DNA of 64,000 nt, taken from Cyanophora paradoxa CCMP329 (Eukaryota; Plantae; Glaucophyta). Positions 33,156 through 47,700 of this stretch are shown in pieces. How positions within the stretch are numbered: position 1 is the stretch's first letter; each line of letters starts with the position of its first letter. A program made the position numbers and the translations under genes. The stretch spans positions 1-64,000 of the forward strand of contig QPMI01000024.1 of assembly GCA_004431415.1 (NCBI GenBank). Direction: 5' to 3'. The notes beneath the pieces are model-generated. The model did not search any database, had not been told where the DNA came from, and saw only the letters and a program-made list of their open reading frames with translations.

Positions 33156-34538
33156 GCTCCCCCTTCGGCGCCTCGGGTCCCATCTGCGGGTCCTATCCCG
33201 CTTCCTGGCGCTCGTGAGATTCGCCGCCGGCGCCCTCGTCGGGCCCTTGCGCCCTCGAGCTCGTCTCTCTCTGCACCGCCCATGGCCATGACCTCCGTGT
33301 CATCTGATCCGGCGCCACCCGACCTTTCTCCTGCTTTGCTGCCCTCTCTTCGGCGCCGGCAGCGATCCCCGTCACCTGCTCGTGGCCCTTCCCCTGCCTC
33401 CGACCCTTCCTCGGCCCCCTCCTCGCCTCTTCCGTCTCGTCGGCCCCCGCCGCATTCCCGTCGGCGGATCTCTCGATCGACCCTGGACTCTCCGCCTGCC
33501 ACTGTCTGCGGGGTACCTCCGCCGCCGTGTTTGGCGCCGGCTGTCAGTACTTTGCTCGGTAGCTCCCCGTCGTGGCTCCTCGGGGCCTCTTCGTCGTCGT
33601 CGTTCGCTGGGTTCCGGCTCCGGGTCAGATTTCTCGCCGGGCTTACCTTCTCCTGGCTCTGCTCCTGGGCCCTCAGCTCCGGGACCGGCTTCCCCGATCT
33701 CCTTCCGGACTCGTGGTCGTACCCGTCGCCGGCTTGCCGAGCCTGCGGCTCCTTCTACTTCCCCCGGCGGTTTGCCGGGCCGGACCCTCCGGCCTTTGTT
33801 CTTGATACCGGACTACCGCCTTTGTCCTTGTCTTCTGCTTCGCTGGTCGCGATCGTATCCCGCCGGCGCCGGCGTACTTCTTCGTCTTCTAGTTTAGTTC
33901 GGTCTGGTTCGGATTCTGATCGTAGTGTTGATGCTAGAGTTAGTTTCAATACTAGCTATAGTCCTCGTGCTCGACCTGTTGTTCGCCGTCGTTTGCAGTT
34001 CGATTGCCCGCCTCGACCCCGGCCGGCTTTAGTGATTCCTTTGACTGTTCTTTTGCCTGCTCTTGATCCGCCTGCTCCGCCTCCTGTGTCCTCCTCGACC
34101 TCGTGCCGTAGCTCTGCCCTTTCGCATCGTCCTGCTTCGCCTCCGCCTCCATGTCGTCTTGTTGTTCCTCTTACTTGTCTTCTTCCTGTTATTTATCTTT
34201 CTCAATTTTGTCCCCCGCTTCTTAGTGATGTAATTCCTTCTGATATTGATGGTATCTCTAGCTCTGGCTCTTCTTCGTGTCAGTTATCCTCTAGCTCTGG
34301 CTCTTCTTCGTGTCAGTTATCCTCTGTCCCTAGATCTGCTCGATTTATCGTCTCTTCTCGCAATCGATCTGTCTCGAGCTCTGTGTCTTTCCTTTTTTAT
34401 TGTCGATTTTGGCTCTTTGTCTTATCTTTCTTCGTGCTCTTGTCTTAGTTATTTTGCTTTTTTGTCTCTATGCCCCCTGGGCAGCCCCCGCAGTGCTGGT
34501 GTCTAGAGACTGTGGCCGGTAATTCACCAAAAAAAAAA
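33156..34538 (+). mobile_element. 5'-truncated LINE copy (3' ~1.38 kb)
   Basis: Near-identical to ~54813-56199; same 3' end and poly(A); AAAGTTTT present near both flanks. Confidence 0.93.
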
Positions 34539-35794
34539 GTTTTATCGTATACTCTAAACCTGAGGTGCTGGGGGGTACGTAGCGCAGGCATAGTTGCAGC
34601 GCGCGCGGGAGAAACTAGCTGTAGTGCGAGGGGAGTCTCGGACGCTCCGACAGATCTAAACCCCCTAGGCCTGGCGCGCGACGCGCCCACCCCCTTCTAA
34701 AGGCCGCTACTAAAGCGCTCCGCGCGGCCAACTCTTAATTATTTTCAGCCTACTAAACCGGCCAAAACTCGGGATTACTAAATATTTTGGGGTCTTAAAT
34801 ATTACCCGAATTACAGTACTTACTAAGGCCCGCAAGCTTCAGTGGCATGGACCGCAACTTCCGAAGTTCGAATTCCGGCCCCGATTGCAAGTTCCGGCCG
34901 AGCCGGCCCGGCCCATGGCCAAGGCCCCAATTGCAAGTTCCGGCCCAACTTCCGGGCCGAGTGGGCCGAGTTCCGGAACTTCCGGCCGCGGGCCGCAAGT
35001 CACTGTGGCACCGAGTAATAAAATTGTTTTTTAAAAGTCTGATCATGAGTTGCCCCGGCCGCCAACTTGCCCGGGGTGAGTTTGAACCTTGAACCAGCCT
35101 GCAGGCTGCAGCTGGCACTGAGCCTGGCAGTGCCTGGCACTGAGCCTGGCAGTGAGCCTCGCCGAGTCGACGTCGGACCGGAGGAACTTCTGACTCAGTG
35201 AGTCAACTACCGTAGTACTTGGCAAGTTGCGAGTCTTGCGACTCCAAAGTTCTGAGTCAACTTCTGACCGGGCGTTTGAGCCGCGCGCTGACTGAGCCTG
35301 GGGGCCTGAGCTCCGGTCCTCGGAGGGGCCGCAGGGGCGCCGCCGCGCCGGCCAGCTGGCCATGGAGAGCGTCGAAGATCATCATCTTCGATTCTGGCTA
35401 TAGCCTATAGTTCGAGGCTTCGTCGAGCTCGAGCCTAGCTTCGGCTGCGACGACGACAAGCGCGCGCGCGCGCGGCGGACAGCTGCAGATCTCCGCCGCG
35501 GCCTGAGCTAGCTTCTAGCAGCGTCGACGTCGCGACGTCCGACGGTCCAACGGGCGCGCGCGCACCAGCCGCCGCAGCGTAACGCTTAGAATGGCGTCGC
35601 TGTCGCCTCCTGTTTCTTCCGTTGGCGAACCCGAGATGCCGCACGTCCATGTGCGCGCGCGCGATCGCGAGCTCGCGGGTCTAGATCTCCTCAATTGCAG
35701 ATGCTCCGGGATCCTAGCTGTGGCCATGGGCCTAGGAGGCTAGGCCTGCCGCGGCCGCCGCCGTGCGCGCACAACTGAATCTTTACCTTGATTA

Positions 35795-38700
35795 TTGATG
35801 CTTGATCTGCTTCGATTCGCCGTGCATGAGCAGATGCTCGACGGTGATCGCAACACCACCTACAGCATCGATATCACCGCGCAGAGGTCCGCGGACCCTC
35901 CGAGGCTCGCTTCAGCGCCGCGCCGCGCAAATAAAACCACGTGCACTGACGTCGACGCGCGCCGCGCGCGCGCCCGACGCAGCGCCGGCAACGTTAACGG
36001 AGCTCCCTACGAGAAGTTCCCGACAGGCGCATACGCCGAAGTTGACCCGAAGGCCGGGTCTAGGCCCAGGGTGCGTGCGACTCGTTCAGAGCGCGCCGCG
36101 CCCGCGAGACTGTTGCTAATCTTTCGGTCGACCGTTAAACGTTAGGCCGGCGCTGACCACGGGCGCGATCGCGAGCGGCTGACTGTGCACGTGGATCGGG
36201 ATCCGGAACCGCTCTGGCCGGACGCGCTGCGTGGCCGCATCGGACTGGAGCCGGACCCCCTGATCGAAAGCGCGAATGGCAAGATGTCCCTCCCCCCCGG
36301 GGCCTCGGTCCAGAAGCCCCTGGACGTCGACCACCCCGAGGTGGTCCGCGGGCACCTCGAGCACGAGTGCGCGCGCGAGCCTTTGACTCGGCTGATTCGA
36401 GTTCGAATTGGCTCAGCATGCGCGAGCGTTGTTACTAAATGTTAACGCCGCGGCGACAGGTTCCGCTTCCTGCGCCTCAATCTGAAGCGCGCGCTCCTCT
36501 TCAACGTCACTTACACGAGGTTCGCTTGCTTCATGATCATCTGCTAACCGATGCGTACTGATGTCATTCTCGGCCGCAAATCAAAGAATCAAGCTGATTC
36601 GCGAGCTGATCCTCTTTCTTGGGTTCCTGTTACTGTTCTACGCAATGGTTCAGAAATCTTCTGCAACGTGCACATGCATCGGAGATTGATTTCACTGACT
36701 GCATTCGCGAATTAGGTCATCTTGCTCATGCCGCTGAGCCGCTCCTATGAACACTCGGGCCAGCTCACTGCCGCTGGAGGTGCGGGCGCTCGTGTATATG
36801 ACTGTATGTCTGCATTTTTCCAACGTATTTCGCGCCGGCTTTAGGTCTCCTGAACCTTCACCCCGTTCCGGTGCGCATGGAGTCCTAGCCATGATGGCAC
36901 GTCTCTCTCGAGCGCGCCGATATATCCGGTCCACAGGGCCAGAAGGTATCGCTGAACGAGTCCTTCCCTTTCTTCATGGCATCGAACACGATCGAGGACG
37001 TGTACAAGTGGACGAGGGAGATCCTCATCCCCCTCCTGACCCCCGCCGACGGCGAGTCCGAGATCTACGGCCGCTTCCAGCGCCCCCTGTCCACCATCGA
37101 CATTCGTCAGGTTCATAGAACCGCGAGCAGACCACGATATCCCTCAATGAATATCGATCGTATTGTACACAGAATCGCGTGAGCCCAAAGGCGACGAAAG
37201 ACTGCCTCAATCCGTCGGTGGTGGAAAAAGTCTTCGGCTTGAAATCAGTGTGCTTCGGAGACTGTGCGCAAACCCCCTTCTAGATCTGACTGCATGCGTA
37301 CGCTGATTCCGGCTCCAATCGTTTGCATGAACAGGGAGTGCCAGGTGTGGTTTCCTTGCTTAATGATATATATCGATCCGGATGCGTAGCAACTCTTCGA
37401 ATTCGGTGACTTCGGTTTTGGGTCCCTGCAGCGGGGTGAAGGAGTACCGGATGCCGCTCGACTTCAGCGGTCCTCAATACGCCAAGCAGGTTGCCATGGG
37501 CTTGAAGAAGAAGTACGAGTGGACGGACAACCTAAGCGAGCTTCGAGCCTCCCGCTACTGGTCTAGAATGCAGGTGTTTGCAATCGCGTCCATTTTCCCT
37601 ACGTTCTGATTTGCTTGAACGTCTGAACCTGACACGCGAATGCAGCAAGACAACATTGACACTTACGGGGAGGGCGGCTACGTGCACTTTATCGATGTTG
37701 CAATCGACCGCGATGCAGGAAATGCTATGGAGGTTCGCAAACGCGCGCAAGATGAGATCCAGGCGCTTCAGGAAGCTCGCTGGATTGACGGTAACTCGAG
37801 CTCTACTTTTTAGACCTCGCCTTACCTAAAAAGCTTGCAATTGTACGGATGAAGATAAATTCATGTTGTCGCAGACAATACGCGAGCCGCCGCAATCAGC
37901 TTCGCGCTCTACAACAAGCACACGAACGTAAGCGCGCTAGCTTCTTATACTCCCTATTCGCTCTTGCTCTGAACTGAACATTAATTTTTCGAACGCAGAT
38001 TTACACGATTGCGGAGCTCCTTATCGAAACGCCGACCTCGGGATTCATCATTCCGTCCCACTCTGTCCGCCCCGTCTACATTTTCCTGGCCGAGAACACA
38101 TGTGCGCCGCGCTGCATCAGAGTTTGGGCTGGCTCTTGTGCATTCTTCGACATTTGTTTGACGCATCTTTCTTGCAGTGCAGAATGTTTTCCTCGCGATC
38201 TACGCCGGCTGGGTCATTGCCATTAGTGCGCGCTTCCTCATACTGAGCTGAAGACAGTCTACGTATACCCCAGCTAACGAGTGCTCGCGTGCCCGGGTGG
38301 CGATGTCGCATCCGCACAAGTGCAGTTCTATCGGAATTCTTTGAGATGGCCCGGCAGCGTCTCGACTACGTCGGGAACTTTTGGAATATTGTCGAAACAC
38401 TGCTCTGCTGCCTGCACGCGTACCTGGGCTACAAGTTTGTCCTGTACTACGACTACAGGTGAGACAATGTCGCTAGCTATCGATGAAATCGTATTGACTC
38501 TCGTTTAATTTGTGTACAGCTACAACGTCTTTAACGCGGTGAGCGGCCAGTGCAATTAATATATTGCAATCGTTGTTCGAGCCCTGAATTCCGACTGTCT
38601 ACGACAGATTACGCTCCAGCAACCGCCGGATTTCACAAGAGCAATCAGCAACCTGCAAAAGATTCGAAATATGAACCGAGATGTCTCCGACGTTGCGGGT

Positions 38701-41700
38701 GCGAATGCATTGCAATTGCAAATTTAATTATTTAAACGATTACATGCATTGTCAGTCTTACTCGCGCTTTCGTATTCAAATTTCAGGTGTCATGGTCGTC
38801 ATTTACGGGTTCAGGCTCTTCAAATACTTCCGAATTAAGCCCCAGCTCTACATCCTCTGGTCGACCATCGTGCACGCCTGGCAACCGTGCGCTGGCGGTG
38901 TAGACTTTGATCTAGCTCCTCATGTCGCTGATCGAATTTTAATATTAGAATTCTCGGCTTCGTCGTTGTGATTCTTATCCTCTTCGCGGCCTTTGCCCTC
39001 GCCGGCATGATCGTGTTCGGCTTCCAAGTGCTCGAGTTCCGCAATTTCACCGAGTCGGTGCGCTGGCGCTGCAAACAGCGCTCAAATTGGCATGCGTGGT
39101 TCTGTTGTGCGCGGGGTGCGTGCTGATTCTTCATTTACAGTACGCCAACCTCTTCCGTTTCCTGCTCGGAGATGTACGATTCGCTGCGCATGCGCTTCAT
39201 TCGTAACCGCCCGATCTGATTCAAGCAATCGCAGTTCGATTACCCGACATGGGCGGACACGTCGCGAGGCTCCGGCGTCGTGTTCTTCATGTGCTTCGTC
39301 GTATTCATTATCCTCATCTTCACCAATGTCTTCATCGCCATTGTCAACAAGAGGCGCGGCCCCTTTCTTCGACTGTTTGCTCCTCATTTCTTACTCGAAT
39401 TTCGCCCGGGTCGCGGTCATGCATGCGCAGCTACGACGAAATGTACAGGTCAGCGCTAACGCCGTCAGCGCTTTAGCTAGCTATAGCGCGATTCAATCGA
39501 CTCGTCGTCAATCATTTGCATATGCATGATCTCACTACAGTATATCTAGCTTCGTCTTAGCAATACCTGTGCTGACGTCTTCCTTGCAATCGCGATCAGA
39601 AAAACGAAGGGGGAGGAGCAGGAGGAGGCGGACACAATCAAGGAGCACGGATCGATGTCGCCTTGGAGCAACGCCTTCTTCTCCTCGTAAGCATCTCAAT
39701 TATAACGTTCTCCCATACGCAACTCGCGTTTCAAGTTCTTGAACGGCTTACTCTGCACAGCATTACTCTGTCTTCGCAGCCGCGGGAGGACCAGAACGCA
39801 ATCCTTGAGAAAGTGACGTGGGCCGACCCGACGGCCCCTACGTCGAGTTCCTCCGATGTCAAAGGGAATCGGCCGGTCGACCGCACAGGGCTCATGATGT
39901 CTTCAAAGACGCTACCCGACGTACGTATACGCGCTCCGGGCTCGTTCGCTTCGCAGCGTATATATATGTACCTCGCGATTGATCGCAACCTCTTCGCGGC
40001 AGTTGTCACGCCCGACGGCTTAGGGGACATGATCGGAAAAGAACCCGTACTGCTGCCTTCGAGCTCTTCAGCCAAATGGAGCATGCAGAGTTCCCCCATG
40101 TCAAATGGCATGAGCTCGTCGGGCCTTAACACTCGCAGAGATTCGTGCCTGGTGAGGGAGAGAATGATCATGAATTTCGATACATGTATACAGCAATCTC
40201 GAAATGTGACCTATCGCTTTCGACACAGGATTGCGTTCAAATTCCCACGGGCAAAAACACGGAGACACGCTTGCGGGTACGATCGATCCTCGATACATTT
40301 ACTTGAGCACTCGGCGGCTGATCGTGAGCACTCGGCCGCGGGCAGATTTGGTTCAAAGTCAGCTCGCGCCACGACAAGGCTTTCTACCAAGCCAAGCTTG
40401 ACGAGAAGGGGAACGTTGTACGTGTGGAGAAGCCATCGCCCGTTCGCGTCAACGCAGTCGAGGACGGGAGTCCCGTCAGCCCAGTAGCGAAAGCGCAGTC
40501 GGGCGGCCCGAGCTCGAAGCAGACCGGTACCTACGATGTTTGGAGCGTGTACGCAAGCGGGCGGCCCCACCACATGCGCTTCATGTTTGACGTGCGCCCA
40601 CTCTCTTTGGCTTTTAATTGAATTTCTTCTTCATGTTGCGAAATCTTGTCCCATCGCAGGTTCTGAGCGAAGGAGCGGAGGCGTTTATGCAAGACCTTGC
40701 GCTCAGCGACCAGCAAACGAAGACGTTGAGCTCGAGGCTGCGCAACGGAGTCATCTTCACGACGCTGCGAAAGCTTTTCCCCTGCTTCGGAGGGCCGAAG
40801 CCGAGCGCCGCCTCCGATGAGTACGGCCAGGCTTACTCGGAGGCTGAGCGCAGAATTCACCTGCGATCCGTATACGTGCGTGGCATTAATATTTTAGACT
40901 AATCCACCATAGTAGTATAGTAAACGGGTATGATAACGATCATATAAAATACCAACAAGCACATCGACGTAGCGCAAGCACGCAAGGGCGCCGGCATTAA
41001 TATTGTAGAGCGATGTACATGTCTCGTTAAAGCACGTGACCCGCGCGCGATCGACAGGCCCCGGGGCGTACGCCGCGTCGTACGCCCCGGGGCCGGCGCC
41101 CTCCACTGCCCGGCCCCCGCGGGCGAGCTGACGAAGGGGGAGGAGCAGGAGGAGGCGGACACAATCAAGGAGCACGGATCGATGTCGCTGATCGACCTCG
41201 CCCTGTCGCAGTCCGTCCGCCCCGCGCGCGTCGTTGGCGCCGCGTGACGCTCCTCTTCAACGTCACTTACACGAGGTTCGCTTGCTTCATGATCATCTGC
41301 TAACCGATGCGTACTGATGTCATTCTCGGCCGCAAATCAAAGAATCAAGCTGATTCGCGAGCTGATCCTCTTTCTTGGGTTCCTGTTACTGTTCTACGCA
41401 ATGGTTCAGAAATCTTCTGCAACGTGCACATGCATCGGAGATTGATTTCACTGACTGCATTCGCGAATTAGGTCATCTTGCTCATGCCGCTGAGCCGCTC
41501 CTATGAACACTCGGGCCAGCTCACTGCCGCTGGAGGTGCGGGCGCTCGTGTATATGACTGTATGTCTGCATTTTTCCAACGTATTTCGCGCCGGCTTTAG
41601 GTCTCCTGAACCTTCACCCCGTTCCGGTGCGCATGGAGTCCTAGCCATGATGGCACGTCTCTCTCGAGCGCGCCGATATATCCGGTCCACAGGGCCAGAA

Positions 41701-44700
41701 GGTATCGCTGAACGAGTCCTTCCCTTTCTTCATGGCATCGAACACGATCGAGGACGTGTACAAGTGGACGAGGGAGATCCTCATCCCCTCCTGACCCCGC
41801 CGACGGCGAGTCCGAGATCTACGGCCGCTTCCAGCGCCCCTGTCCACCATCGACATTCGTCAGGTTCATAGAACCGCGAGCAGACCACGATATCCCTCAA
41901 TGAATATCGATCGTATTGTACACAGAATCGCGTGAGCCCAAAGGCGACGAAAGACTGCCTCAATCCGTCGGTGGTGGAAAAAGTCTTCGGCTTGAAATCA
42001 GTGTGCTTCGGAGACTGTGCGCAAACCCCCTTCTAGATCTGACTGCATGCGTACGCTGATTCCGGCTCCAATCGTTTGCATGAACAGGGAGTGCCAGGTG
42101 TGGTTTCCTTGCTTAATGATATATATCGATCCGGATGCGTAGCAACTCTTCGAATTCGGTGACTTCGGTTTTGGGTCCCTGCAGCGGGGTGAAGGAGTAC
42201 CGGATGCCGCTCGACTTCAGCGGTCCTCAATACGCCAAGCAGGTTGCCATGGGCTTGAAGAAGAAGTACGAGTGGACGGACAACCTAAGCGAGCTTCGAG
42301 CCTCCCGCTACTGGTCTAGAATGCAGGTGTTTGCAATCGCGTCCATTTTCCCTACGTTCTGATTTGCTTGAACGTCTGAACCTGACACGCGAATGCAGCA
42401 AGACAACATTGACACTTACGGGAGGGCGGCTACGTGCACTTTATCGATGTTGCAATCGACCGCGATGCAGGAAATGCTATGGAGGTTCGCAAACGCGCGC
42501 AAGATGAGATCCAGGCGCTTCAGGAAGCTCGCTGGATTGACGGTAACTCGAGCTCTACTTTTTAGACCTCGCCTTACCTAAAAAGCTTGCAATTGTACGG
42601 ATGAAGATAAATTCATGTTGTCGCAGACAATACGCGAGCCGCCGCAATCAGCTTCGCGCTCTACAACAAGCACACGAACGTAAGCGCGCTAGCTTCTTAT
42701 ACTCCCTATTCGCTCTTGCTCTGAACTGAACATTAATTTTTCGAACGCAGATTTACACGATTGCGGAGCTCCTTATCGAAACGCCGACCTCGGGATTCAT
42801 CATTCCGTCCCACTCTGTCCGCCCGTCTACATTTTCCTGGCCGAGAACACATGTGCGCCGCGCTGCATCAGAGTTTGGGCTGGCTCTTGTGCATTCTTCG
42901 ACATTTGTTTGACGCATCTTTCTTGCAGTGCAGAATGTTTTCCTCGCGATCTACGCCGGCTGGGTCATTGCCATTAGTGCGCGCTTCCTCATACTGAGCT
43001 GAAGACAGTCTACGTATACCCCAGCTAACGAGTGCTCGCGTGCCCGGGTGGCGATGTCGCATCCGCACAAGTGCAGTTCTATCGGAATTCTTTGAGATGG
43101 CCCGGCAGCGTCTCGACTACGTCGGGAACTTTTGGAATATTGTCGAAACACTGCTCTGCTGCCTGCACGCGTACCTGGGCTACAAGTTTGTCCTGTACTA
43201 CGACTACAGGTGAGACAATGTCGCTAGCTATCGATGAAATCGTATTGACTCTCGTTTAATTTGTGTACAGCTACAACGTCTTTAACGCGGTGAGCGGCCA
43301 GTGCAATTAATATATTGCAATCGTTGTTCGAGCCCTGAATTCCGACTGTCTACGACAGATTACGCTCCAGCAACCGCCGGATTTCACAAGAGCAATCAGC
43401 AACCTGCAAAAGATTCGAAATATGAACCGAGATGTCTCCGACGTTGCGGGTGCGAATGCATTGCAATTGCAAATTTAATTATTTAAACGATTACATGCAT
43501 TGTCAGTCTTACTCGCGCTTTCGTATTCAAATTTCAGGTGTCATGGTCGTCATTTACGGGTTCAGGCTCTTCAAATACTTCCGAATTAAGCCCCAGCTCT
43601 ACATCCTCTGGTCGACCATCGTGCACGCCTGGCAACCGTGCGCTGGCGGTGTAGACTTTGATCTAGCTCCTCATGTCGCTGATCGAATTTTAATATTAGA
43701 ATTCTCGGCTTCGTCGTTGTGATTCTTATCCTCTTCGCGGCCTTTGCCCTCGCCGGCATGATCGTGTTCGGCTTCCAAGTGCTCGAGTTCCGCAATTTCA
43801 CCGAGTCGGTGCGCTGGCGCTGCAAACAGCGCTCAAATTGGCATGCGTGGTTCTGTTGTGCGCGGGTGCGTGCTGATTCTTCATTTACAGTACGCCAACC
43901 TCTTCCGTTTCCTGCTCGGAGATGTACGATTCGCTGCGCATGCGCTTCATTCGTAACCGCCCGATCTGATTCAAGCAATCGCAGTTCGATTACCCGACAT
44001 GGGCGGACACGTCGCGAGGCTCCGGCGTCGTGTTCTTCATGTGCTTCGTCGTATTCATTATCCTCATCTTCACCAATGTCTTCATCGCCATTGTCAACAA
44101 GAGGCGCGGCCCCTTTCTTCGACTGTTTGCTCCTCATTTCTTACTCGAATTTCGCCCGGGTCGCGGTCATGCATGCGCAGCTACGACGAAATGTACAGGT
44201 CAGCGCTAACGCCGTCAGCGCTTTAGCTAGCTATAGCGCGATTCAATCGACTCGTCGTCAATCATTTGCATATGCATGATCTCACTACAGTATATCTAGC
44301 TTCGTCTTAGCAATACCTGTGCTGACGTCTTCCTTGCAATCGCGATCAGAAAAACGAAGGGGGAGGAGCAGGAGGAGGCGGACACAATCAAGGAGCACGG
44401 ATCGATGTCGCCTTGGAGCAACGCCTTCTTCTCCTCGTAAGCATCTCAATTATAACGTTCTCCCATACGCAACTCGCGTTTCAAGTTCTTGAACGGCTTA
44501 CTCTGCACAGCATTACTCTGTCTTCGCAGCCGCGGGAGGACCAGAACGCAATCCTTGAGAAAGTGACGTGGGCCGACCCGACGGCCCCTACGTCGAGTTC
44601 CTCCGATGTCAAAGGGAATCGGCCGGTCGACCGCACAGGGCTCATGATGTCTTCAAAGACGCTACCCGACGTACGTATACGCGCTCCGGGCTCGTTCGCT

Positions 44701-47700
44701 TCGCAGCGTATATATATGTACCTCGCGATTGATCGCAACCTCTTCGCGGCAGTTGTCACGCCCGACGGCTTAGGGGACATGATCGGAAAAGAACCCGTAC
44801 TGCTGCCTTCGAGCTCTTCAGCCAAATGGAGCATGCAGAGTTCCCCCATGTCAAATGGCATGAGCTCGTCGGGCCTTAACACTCGCAGAGATTCGTGCCT
44901 GGTGAGGGAGAGAATGATCATGAATTTCGATACATGTATACAGCAATCTCGAAATGTGACCTATCGCTTTCGACACAGGATTGCGTTCAAATTCCCACGG
45001 GCAAAAACACGGAGACACGCTTGCGGGTACGATCGATCCTCGATACATTTACTTGAGCACTCGGCGGCTGATCGTGAGCACTCGGCCGCGGGCAGATTTG
45101 GTTCAAAGTCAGCTCGCGCCACGACAAGGCTTTCTACCAAGCCAAGCTTGACGAGAAGGGGAACGTTGTACGTGTGGAGAAGCCATCGCCCGTTCGCGTC
45201 AACGCAGTCGAGGACGGGAGTCCCGTCAGCCCAGTAGCGAAAGCGCAGTCGGGCGGCCCGAGCTCGAAGCAGACCGGTACCTACGATGTTTGGAGCGTGT
45301 ACGCAAGCGGGCGGCCCCACCACATGCGCTTCATGTTTGACGTGCGCCCACTCTCTTTGGCTTTTAATTGAATTTCTTCTTCATGTTGCGAAATCTTGTC
45401 CCATCGCAGGTTCTGAGCGAAGGAGCGGAGGCGTTTATGCAAGACCTTGCGCTCAGCGACCAGCAAACGAAGACGTTGAGCTCGAGGCTGCGCAACGGAG
45501 TCATCTTCACGACGCTGCGAAAGCTTTTCCCCTGCTTCGGAGGGCCGAAGCCGAGCGCCGCCTCCGATGAGTACGGCCAGGCTTACTCGGAGGCTGAGCG
45601 CAGAATTCACCTGCGATCCGTATACGTGCGTGGCATTAATATTTTAGACTAATCCACCATAGTAGTATAGTAAACGGGTATGATAACGATCATATAAAAT
45701 ACCAACAAGCACATCGACGTAGCGCAAGCACGCAAGGGCGCCGGCATTAATATTGTAGAGCGATGTACATGTCTCGTTAAAGCACGTGACCCGCGCGCGA
45801 TCGACAGCGCGGCGTAAACAAACACGGCTCGTTCATCGACTTTGAAGTCCTGAAAATCGGCAAGGCGTTCACGGATCCGAACGATGGCGCGAGCGGCCTG
45901 CAACCGTTCCAGCTCGCCGTAGAGGGAGCGCTGACTCTCGAGTTCGTGCCCAAGACGTTCACCTGGGTGCGCCGACAATTGCATTTGCAGCGATTGCGAT
46001 GTGCATGGAATGGCAGGATCGCGATCGCTCACCGGTTGCTGCGCGTTCGCAGTCCTGGTTCCAACGCACGGCGATGTCCCCGACGCTTGACGCGGCGAGG
46101 TTAGCCGGAATGCTAGCGCTCGCTATATATATCGCAGGCCGCTTGGTCTCCTCTGAATCGACTTGATTGGACAGGGAGACGTACTTCAACCAGCGCTGCA
46201 AGCGGGAGCTCGAGTGGAGCGGGGTCGAGATCCGCGAGGGCATCAGCCGCGCTGGGCGCGGGCTCGGCCACTTCCTGCGGCGCCTGGCGCGCCACTACCT
46301 TATCTCCCCGGAGGAGGTGAGACACACATAAGCATAAAATAAAATATAAGTGCACGACGCTGTGATGAGCTCTGAATTTATAATTAAAGCTCTGCGTACG
46401 CTCCCCCCGCGAGGTTCTCGCAACGCGGCCTCACCGAACTCCCCGGCCCCCGCGCGCAGCTGGAGAGCTTCATCGTAAGGCTCGTCCGCGCGCACCGCGT
46501 CATGAAGCAGTGGAAGTGCGTACTAGTATCTATGTGCTTGATTATAAGCTTGTATATGTTTAAATTTACGCGCTCGCCGACGTCGACCTGATCATTATTC
46601 TCGTACAGGCTGAACGCCGTGATGGCGGAGGGCGAGCTCACTTTTGAGAACGAGTCCTTCGGCGAAGCGGAGCAGAACAAGGACGTCTGGGTGAACGCGA
46701 GCGGCCCCGGCGTCGTGGGCGCCATCGATCAGTGGGCCGTCAACGCCGTCCTCGAGGTGGGCAAGGACGAGGTCGCGCTGGAAGGGTGCGTGTGCCGTAC
46801 AGTTTGGACAATGGTCATCTAATATGATCATGATGTAATCAGGATGATAGAAGACTTGAAGAAGCAACTGAGGGAGCTCACCGAAATGGAGCGGAACAAG
46901 CCGAAAACTGTCGCGGAACAAGCCGAAAATATTCGCCGCAAGAAGGACGCCGTCCTGCACCTTCAGTCGAAGGTATGTTTCGGTTCAGAATTCGTATATA
47001 TATCGGACCTTAGCGACGGCACCGAGCTCGAGCGGGCCCGTCAACGCGCGCGCGCAGATCCGCGAGAAGTCCGACAAGATCACATCGCTCCGCGACAAGC
47101 TGAAGCAGATGAACGGGACATCCATCCTCCCCGACACCCTCAGATTCGACGAGGTCTGTTGTCCATGTATACATATTTATTTCGGCGACTGGCTCTGTAT
47201 ACGCAAGTAGAATGCGCCGTACGCGTCTTAGAGATGTTGTCTCGCAGCTCTGCTACCTCGTGCGCCAGGAGGCGCTGCTTCAGTGGGAGGCGCGCGCCGG
47301 TGACAACATTCGGCGCACGTTCCTCATCGGCAAGCCCCTCGAGTGGATCCTGGGAACCCGCATCGACGCCGCCGCTCTGGCTCGCGAGACGAAGCGCATG
47401 TTTCTTGGTGCGCTCGTACAGTTGGGAGCCTTCTTTTTAGCTAAAACTAGGAGACTCGTCTTACTGTTTTTGACGGATCGCTTCAACTTTCCTTGTCAGA
47501 TTTCTCTCTCGAGTGCTTCGACTACATCGACGAGGCGGCTGAGGCGAGAGACTACGTCCCACGCCCTATCGACACGCGTGAAATTCGCGGCCTTTCGCTG
47601 GTACGAACATTCTAATTGTAGACGCCTCAATTTCAAAGCTTGCGCGCATCTCATATCTGGCTTCCCCCAGGACCCGCTCACCAGCTTCCCTGCGATCGTC

